This document shows positions 21,458 through 32,674 of a stretch of 64,000 bases of DNA, in pieces. The DNA comes from Myxococcota bacterium. Its GTDB lineage: Bacteria; Myxococcota_A; UBA796; SXON01. Made by a program: the position numbers and the translations under genes. Every line of letters begins with the position of its first letter. Position 1 is the first letter of the stretch. Below the pieces are notes generated by a model. That model had not been told where the DNA came from, made no database searches, and was given only the letters and a program-made list of their open reading frames with translations. The stretch covers positions 32,001 to 96,000 of the forward strand of contig JAZKFH010000042.1 in NCBI GenBank assembly GCA_040386535.1, written 5' to 3'.

Positions 21458-23921
21458 CTTCGCGGGCGTAGACCACGTCGATCCGGTAGCGGCCGGACCA
21501 GGACGGCTCCGCGAACCACCCCCAGATCCCGCGTGCACCGACGCCGAGCACGTCCGACGCCGGCCCCACCGCCGACGGTGTCGCGTCCGCGAGCGTCATC
21601 AGGACGGTGGCCTCGTCGAACGTCGCGCCGTCTACCGCACGGACGGCGTAGGTCCGGTCGACATCCTGGCCGTAGATCAGCAGGTCCGCGGCGGCGTCGC
21701 CCACGACGGCGTCGAGCCAGACCGTGCCGGAGTTCCGGTCGTACAGCCCGGGGACGCAGGTCATCGGCACGTCCGCCGAGGGGACCGCGCCCGAGAGGCC
21801 CGCGATGTCGAGCAGGCAGAGCTGGTAGTCGCGGTCGATCTGCAGCCACCATCCCACCAGGCCCCCGCCATCGGGATCGTGGAGGGGCTCGGCCCCCGCC
21901 CAGTCGTCCCCCGCGAGCGTGAACCAGGTCTCGTCCAGGCGGAGGGTCCGCGACGGATCGAGGGCGCTCGAGCGGAAGAAACGGTCGACACCGGTCTCCA
22001 CCGTGTAGAGCTCGTCGCCGCCGTCCCCGTCGGCGTCCGGGACGCACCAGATGGCGCTCGTCGCGCCGGGCACGGCGCCGAGCCGCGGAAACCCGTCGGA
22101 GGTCACGGCCCCGCTCATGATCGCCCAGCCCACGTCCGTCCGGGCGGCCAGATCCGACAGGCCGTCCCCGTCGAAGTCACACGTGGGCATCGGGTTCGTG
22201 TCGTGGTCCTCGGTCCACGCCGCGATCGGCCCCCCCTCCGCGAGGCCGATCGCCACCGGCCCGGACACCACCTCGTGGGACCACGTGTCGTCGGCCTCGT
22301 GGGTGACGACCAGCGCGTCGTCCGCGCCGTCCCCATCCACGTCGTCGATCCAACGCAACACGACGTCCGACCAGTGCCTCGACCACGTGGCGTCGCACCA
22401 GGTGTAGCTCCCCCCCTCCACGAGCGCGGCCCCGTCGAACGCCGCGACGCTGGAGCTGCCGTAGGCGTCGGCGAGGACGAGGTCGACCACGCCGTCCCCA
22501 CTCACGTCGCGCCAGGCGGGGCCCTCCGGGATGCCGCCCCACTTGCCGCCGCGCACGGTGATCTCCCGCTGCGGTGTGAGGGACGCGGTGTAGGCGTAGG
22601 CCACGTCCGCCTCGGCCCCGTTGGACGGGACCGTGGGGATCGCCCACACCACGCCCTCGCCCGCCGTCAGTTCGTAGGCCGTCTGCGGCAGCGACACCCG
22701 CGTCAGCTCGAGCTCGATGCCCCGCGCGAGCGCGCCCACGTCGAGCGCCACGAGGTACCCCCCGCGGGTCACCCACACGTCCGGGACCCCGTCGCGATCG
22801 ATGTCGTCCCCGAGCGTGGCGTGCCCGCCGATGTCCTCCCGGAGGCACACCTTGTCGTCCCCGTCGGGATCGGTGCCGAGGAGCACGCAGAGCTTGTTGC
22901 CGCCATGGAACACGAGGAGCTCGTCGAGCCCGTCGCCGTCGGCGTCTCCGGGCGCGAACACCTCGTGGTAGGCGAGGTAGGGCGTGGTCATCAACGCCCC
23001 GTCGGACAAGCGCTCCCCGCCCGCGAGGAACGCCGCCGAGCCGATGATGGAGATCTCGTCGTACCCCGACACGGCGAGCTCCGGGATCCCGTCCCCGTCG
23101 CGGTCGCCCTCGAGCGCCGCGAGCCAGGTGCCGGCGTTGGAGCGGATCTCCGCGCCGTACGCGGTGGTGCTCCGCGTGACCCCGTCGAGCGTGAAGTCGA
23201 CGTCGAGCACGAGCGCCACGGCCCCCCTGCCGTAGTCCTCGCTCGGCCAGGCGAACAACCAGTCGTCCCGCCCGTCGCCGTCGATGTCGGCCCACCGCAC
23301 GAACGTCAGCTTCGTCTCGTCGAGCTGGGCGTGCGGCGTGACCTCGCCCCCGGCGAGCAGGTCGGCGCCGGAGACGGTCCACACCCGCGAGCCCCCGTCG
23401 CCCACCAGCAGATCGTCGAGGCCGTCCCCGTCGCGATCGCCGATCCAGGAGACGCGGGCACCGAAGTCGCCGCCACCCGCGCCGGCCGGGAGCATCACGA
23501 TCGTCGCGGCGTCCCACGTGCGCACGCCGTCCGCCACGGCGCTCCCGGCGAGGAGGTAGACCGCGCCGTCGCCGATGCCGACGCCGTCGTAGCCGGGCGC
23601 GCCGATCGCCAGCTCGCCCAGCCCGTCCCCGTCGAGGTCGGGCCCCGGCGCGAGCACGTGGGTGCCCTCGTCGTCGGTGCCACACGAGCCGACGGTCAGG
23701 TCCGGCGCCGCGAACGACTCGGGCCAGCGGTGCACGGTCGACGGGGGCGCGGCGGTGTCGTCGGTGTCCGCCGTATCGTCGGTGTCGGCCGTGTCGGTGT
23801 CGTCGGGGACAGTGTCGGTGTCGGTGTCGTCGGGGATCTCGGGCTTGTCGATGTCCCCGGGCCCCACGCAGGCGGCCAGCAGCACGAGCGGGGCGAGGGA
23901 GACGAGCGACGGCAGGCGCAT
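21447..23921 (-). CDS. FG-GAP/integrin-like repeat lipoprotein
   Basis: Lipobox LLAAC; DT linker; DLDGDG..ELAIGAPG..GAVYL repeats; GAGGAGG RBS. Confidence 0.82.
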   Translation of the reverse strand: MRLPSLVSLAPLVLLAACVGPGDIDKPEIPDDTDTDTVPDDTDTADTDDTADTDDTAAPPSTVHRWPESFAAPDLTVGSCGTDDEGTHVLAPGPDLDGDGLGELAIGAPGYDGVGIGDGAVYLLAGSAVADGVRTWDAATIVMLPAGAGGGDFGARVSWIGDRDGDGLDDLLVGDGGSRVWTVSGADLLAGGEVTPHAQLDETKLTFVRWADIDGDGRDDWLFAWPSEDYGRGAVALVLDVDFTLDGVTRSTTAYGAEIRSNAGTWLAALEGDRDGDGIPELAVSGYDEISIIGSAAFLAGGERLSDGALMTTPYLAYHEVFAPGDADGDGLDELLVFHGGNKLCVLLGTDPDGDDKVCLREDIGGHATLGDDIDRDGVPDVWVTRGGYLVALDVGALARGIELELTRVSLPQTAYELTAGEGVVWAIPTVPSNGAEADVAYAYTASLTPQREITVRGGKWGGIPEGPAWRDVSGDGVVDLVLADAYGSSSVAAFDGAALVEGGSYTWCDATWSRHWSDVVLRWIDDVDGDGADDALVVTHEADDTWSHEVVSGPVAIGLAEGGPIAAWTEDHDTNPMPTCDFDGDGLSDLAARTDVGWAIMSGAVTSDGFPRLGAVPGATSAIWCVPDADGDGGDELYTVETGVDRFFRSSALDPSRTLRLDETWFTLAGDDWAGAEPLHDPDGGGLVGWWLQIDRDYQLCLLDIAGLSGAVPSADVPMTCVPGLYDRNSGTVWLDAVVGDAAADLLIYGQDVDRTYAVRAVDGATFDEATVLMTLADATPSAVGPASDVLGVGARGIWGWFAEPSWSGRYRIDVVYAREATP

Positions 23922-23934
23922 CCCCTCCTCTACC

Positions 23935-25566
23935 TCATTCCCGAGGGCGAGACAGCGAGGTTGCCAGCTCCGATGGCTGCAACCGCATCCGCGCGATCCA
24001 GGCCGCCACCTGCTCCGGTGTACCCCCACGGGACGCCGACGGTGCCAGGGCCGCCGGCGCATCCCCCGGCACCCGGGTCATCACGAACGACCGGTTGCGG
24101 ATGAACTGGGACTCCGTGCCGTCGCTGCCGTCGAGGAACGTGAAGTCGAGCGCCGTGCCGTCCAGATCGAAGATCCAGAGGTCGGTGCTGACCGCGGTGA
24201 GCGCGCGATCGTAGGTGTACCCGAGCTCGTCGAGCAGGGGCATGTCGACGTAGAGCACGTCCCCCTCGCGCGAGACGATGACGTCGCCCACGTTGTACTG
24301 GTCCAGGTAGGCGCCCACGTGCGCGTCGAGCCCGTCGGGATCGAACGTGTACGCGGGCGGGGCGGCGGAGGGCGCGGGCAGGGTCAGGAGCGAGCCGAAC
24401 GCGGCCGCGACGCTGCCGGAGAAGTTGTCGCCGAAGCCGTTCGACAGGATCGAGATGGCGAAGTCCTGGTCGGGCACCATGTAGAAGGTCGACGTGAACG
24501 AGAGCGTGTTGCCTCCGTGGCTCCAGTTCGGCACCTCGTACCAGTCCGCGCCGAGGAAGAAGCCGCGGTCGACGAACACGCCGTAGCCGTAGCCCTGCAC
24601 GTCGGGGAGGTAGCCGAGTGACACGTGCTCGGTGGTCAGCTCGGCGCGGAGCGTGTCGGAGAGCACCGCGGGGTCGCCGTGCATCAGGAAGGTCGCCATC
24701 CCGAGCATCTCCGTGGGGGTGGCCCACACCATCCCGGCCGGCCGAATCCAGGCCGGGTCGACCACGTTGCGCATCCCCACCGTGCCCACCGCGCCGGTGT
24801 TCACGTTGCGGTAGCCGTAGCCGGTGGCGTAGTCCCCATCGGCCTCGACCTCACTCTTGCGCGCGGTGGCCCGCGTCATCCCGAGCGGCCGGAGCACGTC
24901 CTCCGCGAGGATGTCGGGCCACATCCGCGTGTCGGCGACCTCGGTCGCGAGGCCGGCGAGGGAGAAGTTGGGGTTGGAGTAGTTCCAGAACTCCGCGGCG
25001 GGGTTCATCGCGTAGAGGTTCTCGCCGTAGATCCCGTAGGTGAGCGCGGCCAGCTCCGTGTCGTCGCTCGAGCTGTCCCACGGCACGTAGTCGTAGAGCC
25101 CGCTGGTCTGCGCGATCAGGTCGTGCAGGCGGATCTGGTCGTTCCACGTGGGGTCGAGCGTGTACTCGAGGAGCGGCACGGCGGTGGCGAGCGTGTCGTC
25201 CAGCGCGAGCGTGCCGTCCTCGACCTTCTGGAGGAGCGCGGTGGCCGTGAACATCTTCGTGGTCGAGCCGATCTGGAACAACGTGGTCGTCGTGATGGGC
25301 TGGTCCTCGTCGGGGTGGCCCGAGCCGAAGCCGCGCGCGAACACGATGGCGCCGTCCTGGTAGACCGCCACCGACGCGCCGGACGCGCTGCTCGCGGCGA
25401 TGTCGGCCTCGATGGCGGCGGCGAGGGCCGCGAAGCGGGGGTCGATGTCGGTGTCTTCGGTGTCCACGGTGTCGCCCGTGTCCGTGTCGCCCGTGTCCGT
25501 GTCGTTCGGACCGGCGGTGTCGATGGGGGCCTTGTCGGTGCAGGCGAGGAGGAGGAGCAGCGTCAT
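23935..25566 (-). CDS. Serine hydrolase (beta-lactamase/class C-like) lipoprotein
   Basis: FQIGSTTK (SxxK), YSN, HGG motifs; MTLLLLLAC. Confidence 0.88.
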   Translation of the reverse strand: MTLLLLLACTDKAPIDTAGPNDTDTGDTDTGDTVDTEDTDIDPRFAALAAAIEADIAASSASGASVAVYQDGAIVFARGFGSGHPDEDQPITTTTLFQIGSTTKMFTATALLQKVEDGTLALDDTLATAVPLLEYTLDPTWNDQIRLHDLIAQTSGLYDYVPWDSSSDDTELAALTYGIYGENLYAMNPAAEFWNYSNPNFSLAGLATEVADTRMWPDILAEDVLRPLGMTRATARKSEVEADGDYATGYGYRNVNTGAVGTVGMRNVVDPAWIRPAGMVWATPTEMLGMATFLMHGDPAVLSDTLRAELTTEHVSLGYLPDVQGYGYGVFVDRGFFLGADWYEVPNWSHGGNTLSFTSTFYMVPDQDFAISILSNGFGDNFSGSVAAAFGSLLTLPAPSAAPPAYTFDPDGLDAHVGAYLDQYNVGDVIVSREGDVLYVDMPLLDELGYTYDRALTAVSTDLWIFDLDGTALDFTFLDGSDGTESQFIRNRSFVMTRVPGDAPAALAPSASRGGTPEQVAAWIARMRLQPSELATSLSRPRE

Positions 25567-25684
25567 GGGAGTCTCCACGGAGCGGAGCCGTATCTCGGCC
25601 GCAGGGACACACGCGCGACGTCCCTCCCCCGTTCCCCACCCCTCCCGCCCGGCTACGTAGAAACGACCGACCCCAGGGTGCCCG

Positions 25685-27577
<1,893 letters not shown>

Positions 27578-27662
27578 GCCACCGGATCGCGTGAAGCCCG
27601 GGCTGCGGCATGGCGCTCGGCTGGCGTGTACGGTAGATTCGCCCTTCCTTTCCGGAGGCTTG

Positions 27663-29423
27663 ATGATCCCAGGGTCCGTTCGTTCGTGGGTCGAAGAGGT
27701 CCGTGCGCTCTGCCAACCCGACGCCGTGTATTGGTGTGACGGCTCCGAGGAGGAACGCGCGCGGCTCACCGCCGAGGCCGTGCGCGACGGGGTGCTGATC
27801 CCGCTGAACCCCGAGAAGCTGCCGAACAGCTACCTTCACCGGTCGGACCCGAGCGACGTTGCGCGCACCGAGCACCTGACCTTCATCTGCTCGAACGACA
27901 AAGACGACGCGGGCCCGAACAACAACTGGATGGCCCCCGCCGAGGCGCGGGCGAAGCTCACGCCGCTCTACGCCGGCGCGATGAAGGGCCGCACCCTCTA
28001 CGTGGTGCCGTTCGTCATGGGCCCCGTCGGCTCCCCCTTCTCGAAGGTGGGCGTCGAGCTCACCGACAGCGTCTACGTCGTGCTCAACATGCGCATCATG
28101 ACGCGCATGGGCACCCCGGCCTGGGCCCAGCTCGACATGACCGGCGGCGAGTTCACGCGCTGCCTCCACAGCCTCGGCGACCTGTCGCCCGACCGTCGCT
28201 TCATCTGCCACTTCCCCGAGGCGAACACCATCTGGTCGATCGGCTCGGGCTACGGCGGCAACGCGCTCCTCGGCAAGAAGTGCCTCGCGCTCCGCATCGC
28301 GAGCACGCTCGGGCGCGACCAGGGCTGGATGGCCGAGCACATGCTCATCCTGGGCGTGCAGAACCCGCGCGGCGAGAAACACTACGTGTGCGGCGCCTTC
28401 CCCAGCGCCTGCGGCAAGACCAACCTCGCCATGCTCATCCCGCCCGAGGCCATGCGGGAGAAGGGCTGGAAGGTGTGGACCGTGGGCGACGACATCGCGT
28501 GGCTGCGCCCCGGCCCGGACGGGCGTCTGTGGGCGGTCAACCCCGAGGCCGGCTTCTTCGGCGTCGCCCCGGGCACCTCGAACAAGACCAACCCGAACGC
28601 CATCGCGTCGGCCTCGCGCAACTCCATCTTCACCAACGTTGCGCTCAAGCCCGACGGGACGGTGTGGTGGGAGGGCCACCACGAGCCCCCGGTCGAGGGC
28701 ATGCTCGATTGGCGCGGCCGCCCGTGGAGCCCGGGGTCGGGGGAGAAGGCGGCCCAACCCAACAGCCGCTTCACGGCGCCGGCCGACCAGTGCCCGTGCA
28801 TCGCGCCCGAGTGGGAGGATCCCGCGGGCGTTCCCATCAGCGCCATCCTCTTCGGCGCGCGTCGCCCCCACGTGGTGCCGCTCGTGTACGAGGCGCGCAG
28901 CTGGCAGCATGGCACCTTCATCGGCGCCACCCTCGCCTCGGAGACCACTGCGGCCTCGACCGGCACCGTCGGCCTGCTCCGCCGCGACCCGATGGCGATG
29001 CTCCCCTTCTGCGGCTACAACATGGCCGACTACTTCGGCCACTGGCTGAAGATGGGCAAGGCCGTGACCCGGCCGCCGAAGGTGTTCGGCGTGAATTGGT
29101 TCCGCACGGCGGACGACGGCTCGTTCCTCTGGCCGGGCTACGGCGACAACCTGCGCGTCATCGAGTGGGTGCTGGAGCGGTGCGCGGGCCGCGGCGGCGC
29201 GATCGACACGCCGATCGGGGCCGTCCCCACGTCGCTCGATCTGGACGGGCTCCCCCTCGACGAGTCCGTGGTGGACGCGCTCCTTGAGGTCGACCCCGCG
29301 GAGTGGGCCGCCGAGGCGCTCGCCCAGGCCGACTTCCTCGCGGGCTACGGCGACCGGATGCCGAAGGCGTTGTGGGACGAGCACGCCGCGTTGGTGGAGC
29401 GTACGAGCAAGGTCCTCGCGTAG
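27663..29423 (+). CDS. pckG: Phosphoenolpyruvate carboxykinase (GTP)
   Basis: [51 protein letters not shown]. Confidence 0.95.
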   Translation: MIPGSVRSWVEEVRALCQPDAVYWCDGSEEERARLTAEAVRDGVLIPLNPEKLPNSYLHRSDPSDVARTEHLTFICSNDKDDAGPNNNWMAPAEARAKLTPLYAGAMKGRTLYVVPFVMGPVGSPFSKVGVELTDSVYVVLNMRIMTRMGTPAWAQLDMTGGEFTRCLHSLGDLSPDRRFICHFPEANTIWSIGSGYGGNALLGKKCLALRIASTLGRDQGWMAEHMLILGVQNPRGEKHYVCGAFPSACGKTNLAMLIPPEAMREKGWKVWTVGDDIAWLRPGPDGRLWAVNPEAGFFGVAPGTSNKTNPNAIASASRNSIFTNVALKPDGTVWWEGHHEPPVEGMLDWRGRPWSPGSGEKAAQPNSRFTAPADQCPCIAPEWEDPAGVPISAILFGARRPHVVPLVYEARSWQHGTFIGATLASETTAASTGTVGLLRRDPMAMLPFCGYNMADYFGHWLKMGKAVTRPPKVFGVNWFRTADDGSFLWPGYGDNLRVIEWVLERCAGRGGAIDTPIGAVPTSLDLDGLPLDESVVDALLEVDPAEWAAEALAQADFLAGYGDRMPKALWDEHAALVERTSKVLA

Positions 29424-29439
29424 CAGGGTAGTGGGGGAG

Positions 29440-30333
29440 ATGGTCCCCGCCGTCCCAGCGCCCCCCGCCGGCCGCGTCGTGCTCTCTCCGCGCCTCGCGG
29501 CCGTGGCGGCCCTCGTCCCCGCGGGGGGCGTCGTGGCCGACATCGGCACCGACCACGGGCAGCTCCCCGCCTTCCTCGTGCAGAGCGGGCGGGTGGCGCG
29601 CGCGGTGGGGGTGGACGACAAGGCGGCGCCGCTCGCCGTGGCGCAAGGGTTGGGCGCCACGCTCGGGCTCGGTGCGGCGCTCACGTACCAGCGGGGCTGG
29701 GGGTGCGCGGAGCTGCACGGCATCGACACTGTCACCGTCGCGGGGATGGGTGGGCCGCTGATCGCGCGCATCGTGGCCGGCGCGCGCGCGGCGGGGGCGC
29801 GCCAACTGGTGCTCCAGCCCAACATCGGCGACGCGGACCTGCGCGCGTGGCTCGACGAGAACGGCTGGACCCTCACCGTCGAGGCCCTCGTGACCGACCG
29901 GGGGCGCCGCTTCGTGATCCTCGCGGCCGTGGCGGGCCCCGCGATCGGCCTGGACACCGTCGATCGCGCCTATGGTCCGGCCCACCTGCATCGTGACCTC
30001 GCCGCGTTCGCCGCCCGCCTGGACGCGGAGGAGGCGCGCCTCACCGAGGTGCTCGCCCGCCACGGCGGCGCCCGCGCGGAGGCCGCGATCCGCGACCAAC
30101 TCGACGTGGTGGAGGCGGCGCGGGGGCGGCTGGTAGAGGAAGCCGGGAGCGGGGAGCGGGGAGCGGGGAGCCGGAAGCCGGAGAATCAGGAAGGCAGGAA
30201 GGCAGGAAGGAAGGAAAGCAGGAAGGAGGAAGCCGGAAGCCGGAAGCCGGAGAATCAGGAAGGCAGGAAGGAAGGAAAGCAGGAAGGAGGAAGCCGGAAG
30301 CCGGAAGCCGGAGAATCAGGAAGGCAGGAATAG
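29440..30333 (+). CDS. trmK: tRNA (adenine22-N1)-methyltransferase TrmK family, with repeat-derived C-terminal extension
   Basis: LSPRL, VADIGTDHG.LP, VAGMGG.LI, LVLQPN motifs; last ~65 aa come from the repeat array. Confidence 0.85.
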   Translation: MVPAVPAPPAGRVVLSPRLAAVAALVPAGGVVADIGTDHGQLPAFLVQSGRVARAVGVDDKAAPLAVAQGLGATLGLGAALTYQRGWGCAELHGIDTVTVAGMGGPLIARIVAGARAAGARQLVLQPNIGDADLRAWLDENGWTLTVEALVTDRGRRFVILAAVAGPAIGLDTVDRAYGPAHLHRDLAAFAARLDAEEARLTEVLARHGGARAEAAIRDQLDVVEAARGRLVEEAGSGERGAGSRKPENQEGRKAGRKESRKEEAGSRKPENQEGRKEGKQEGGSRKPEAGESGRQE

Positions 30334-30760
30334 AGGAAAGCAGGAAGTAGGAGAGGAGGAATAGGAAGGAGGCTGTTTCGGTCGGCTCCCCGTCGGATTT
30401 TCCTGCCTTGGTAGCCTCGCGTTTTCGTCGCCTTTTCTCCTGCCTTCCTTGTTTCCTGCCTTCCTGCTTCGCCTTTTTCCTGCTTCTCCGCTGCCTTTCT
30501 CGGTCGCCTTTTCTCCTGCCTTCCTTGTTTCCTGCCTTCCTGCTTCGCCTTTTTTCCTACCTTCCTTGTTTCCTGCCTTCCTGCTTCTCCGCCGCCTTTC
30601 TCCGTCGCCTTTCTCCTGCCTTCCTTGTTTCCTGCCTTCCTGATTCTCCGTCGCCTTCCTGCCTTCCTCGTTTCCTGCCTTCCTGCTTCTCCGATGCCTT
30701 CCCGCCTTCCTCGTTTCCTGCCTTCCTGATTCTCCGCCGCCTTCTCCTTCTTCCTGCCCC
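30136..30760. repeat. Tandem inverted repeat array: purine-rich left arm (3 units) and pyrimidine-rich right arm (6 units)
   Basis: CGGAGAATCAGGAAGGCAGGAA at 30179, 30248, 30309; exact reverse complement at 30629 and 30715; core TTTCCTGCCTTCCTG at 30452, 30528, 30569, 30628, 30671, 30714. Confidence 0.92.
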
Positions 30761-30771
30761 CGGAGCCCCCC

Positions 30772-31374
30772 ATGCCCCCCCTCTCCGACGGCGATCACCT
30801 CGACGTCACCTTCGTCGGCGCCTCCCACCCCGGGGGCCGGTTCGTGCGCGGCGCCTACGAGCGCTGCCGCTTCGAGAAGTGCACGCTCACGGGCGCGCGC
30901 TTCGTCGACGCCCGCTTCACCGACTGTGTCTTCGTCGGGTGCGAGCTGACAACGTTGGGCGTGGACGGCACGAGCTTCACCAATGTCACCTTCACCAATT
31001 GCCGCGCCATGGGTGTCAATTGGACCGCGGCGCACCAGCTCACCTTCTCTGTCACGTTCGACCAGTGCCGCCTGGACAACTCCATGTTCGGCGGGATGCG
31101 CCTGAAGGGCCTGAAGATGGTGGACTGCAACCTCCAGGGTGTCGACTTCTCCGGCTGCGACCTCACCAACGCCCGGTTCCCCAAGTCGGACCTCGGCGGG
31201 GCCATCGTGCGTCAGGCCATCCTGAAGGGCGCCGACTTCAGCGACGCGCGCGACTTCGCGTTCGACCGTACCAACAAGGCCGGCAAGACACGCGTCAACC
31301 TCGAGACCGCGGCGCTCGTGCTCTCCGATCTCGGCCTGGTGGTGCCCGAGCTCGAGCGGCTGATGGGACGGTGA
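30772..31374 (+). CDS. Pentapeptide repeat protein
   Basis: CRFEK-CTLTG-ARFVD-ARFTD... VDFSG-CDLTN-ARF repeats. Confidence 0.9.
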   Translation: MPPLSDGDHLDVTFVGASHPGGRFVRGAYERCRFEKCTLTGARFVDARFTDCVFVGCELTTLGVDGTSFTNVTFTNCRAMGVNWTAAHQLTFSVTFDQCRLDNSMFGGMRLKGLKMVDCNLQGVDFSGCDLTNARFPKSDLGGAIVRQAILKGADFSDARDFAFDRTNKAGKTRVNLETAALVLSDLGLVVPELERLMGR

Positions 31375-31404
31375 TCTCGGTCGGAGAATCGGAGGCTCTT
31401 CCGG

Positions 31405-31410
31405 TATACT
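31405..31410 (+). promoter_or_regulatory. -10 box (TATACT) of a probable leaderless promoter
   Basis: 6 nt upstream of ATG 31417; no SD. Confidence 0.6.
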
Positions 31411-31416
31411 CCCGCC

Positions 31417-32622
31417 ATGCTCTTCCTCTTCCTGGCCGCCTGCTCCGAGAACGAGTTCATCGCGAAGGACGGGAACGCCCCCGACGACTCCGCGGGCGGC
31501 GGGCCCGACATCGTCGTCACGCCCGACCCGATCGACTTCGGGGTGGTCGCGTGGAACGGCGAGGGCGTCGCCACCGTCGTCATCGCCAACGTGGGGGACA
31601 CCGCGCTCCACCTCGAGCGGGTCGCGATCGCGGACGACACGCCCGCCCTGACCCTGACCGCGCTCTCCAGCCTCGCCGTGCGGCCGGGCCACGAGATCGA
31701 GGTCGTGCTCACCTGGACCCCCGACGCCGCGGGCCCGATGAGCAACCGCCTCCTCGTCGCCTCGGATGACCCCGACGAGGCCGAGGTCGCCGTCCCGATC
31801 GGCGGGATCGTCCCCTACGGCGAGATCCTCGTCGAGCCCGCCACCCACGACTTCGGCACGCTCGAGGTCGGCGCCGCGGCCACCACCACGGTGACCGTGT
31901 CCAACGTGGGCGAGGGGCTGCTCACCATCGACGACTGGTCGTACGTCGCGACCGACGCCGACATGACCGTGGTCGACGCGGGAGACCTCACGAGCCTGCC
32001 CGCGCAGCTGCCGCCGGGCGCCTCCACCGACGTGGTGGTGCGCTACGCCCCGAGCGCGGACGGCGGGGACGAGGGCAGCCTCGCCATCGCCTCGGACGAC
32101 CCCGATCGGCCGAGCACCGGCGCGCAACAGTTCGGGAACGGCCACCTGTACGACCCCTGCGAGGGCTTCACCCAGACGGTGCAGATCTTCCTCACCGCCG
32201 ACGACGCGTGGCGGGGTTGGATCGACGGCACCGAGTTCAACGCCCCCAACCAGAACGCGTGGAACCAATTCGACACGTTGGAGTGGGAGCTCGCCTGCGG
32301 CGACCACGCGTTGTCGCTCTACGCAACGGACACCGGCGCGGCCATCTCCGGCGTCATCGCCGTCGTCACCATCGAGGGCACGGTGCGCTTCGTCAGCGGC
32401 CCGTCGAACTGGACCATGCTCGAGGTCGAGCCGCCCTCCGGCTGGACCGACCCGAGCTACGACGACAGCGCCTGGCACATCCCCGAGGTGTGTGCGAACA
32501 CCACGGCGTGGGGCACGGCGCCCCAGCCCTTCTACGACCTCGGCGCGTCGTGGATCTGGTGGACCACCGATTGCCAGAGCCTCGGCCAGGCGTGGCTGCG
32601 GCTGAACTTCAGCGTGCCCTGA
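31417..32622 (+). CDS. Lipoprotein with two choice-of-anchor D (Ig-like) domains and a C-terminal lectin-like beta-sandwich
   Basis: MLFLFLAAC; P..IDFG.V...I.NVG..L...SDDPD repeats; TADD..W..GWTDPSYDDSAW..WIW. Confidence 0.78.
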   Translation: MLFLFLAACSENEFIAKDGNAPDDSAGGGPDIVVTPDPIDFGVVAWNGEGVATVVIANVGDTALHLERVAIADDTPALTLTALSSLAVRPGHEIEVVLTWTPDAAGPMSNRLLVASDDPDEAEVAVPIGGIVPYGEILVEPATHDFGTLEVGAAATTTVTVSNVGEGLLTIDDWSYVATDADMTVVDAGDLTSLPAQLPPGASTDVVVRYAPSADGGDEGSLAIASDDPDRPSTGAQQFGNGHLYDPCEGFTQTVQIFLTADDAWRGWIDGTEFNAPNQNAWNQFDTLEWELACGDHALSLYATDTGAAISGVIAVVTIEGTVRFVSGPSNWTMLEVEPPSGWTDPSYDDSAWHIPEVCANTTAWGTAPQPFYDLGASWIWWTTDCQSLGQAWLRLNFSVP

Positions 32623-32674
32623 CCCGCCGCGGACCACGCGGGCGGTTGCCCCGCGCCGCGGGATACACGACTCC

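Noticed and set aside
23935..25566. Antibiotic-resistance beta-lactamase
   Set aside because: SxxK/YxN/HGG motifs are shared by many peptidases and esterases; no specific support
30430..30760. Possible CRISPR array (~36-nt repeats)
   Set aside because: Spacing is irregular (41-76 nt), the intervening sequence is itself repetitive rather than unique, inverted copies lie upstream, and there are no cas genes
30255..30773. ORFs across the repeat array (30255-30773 minus, 30449-30643 plus)
   Set aside because: They are low-complexity translations of the DNA repeat with no protein-like features
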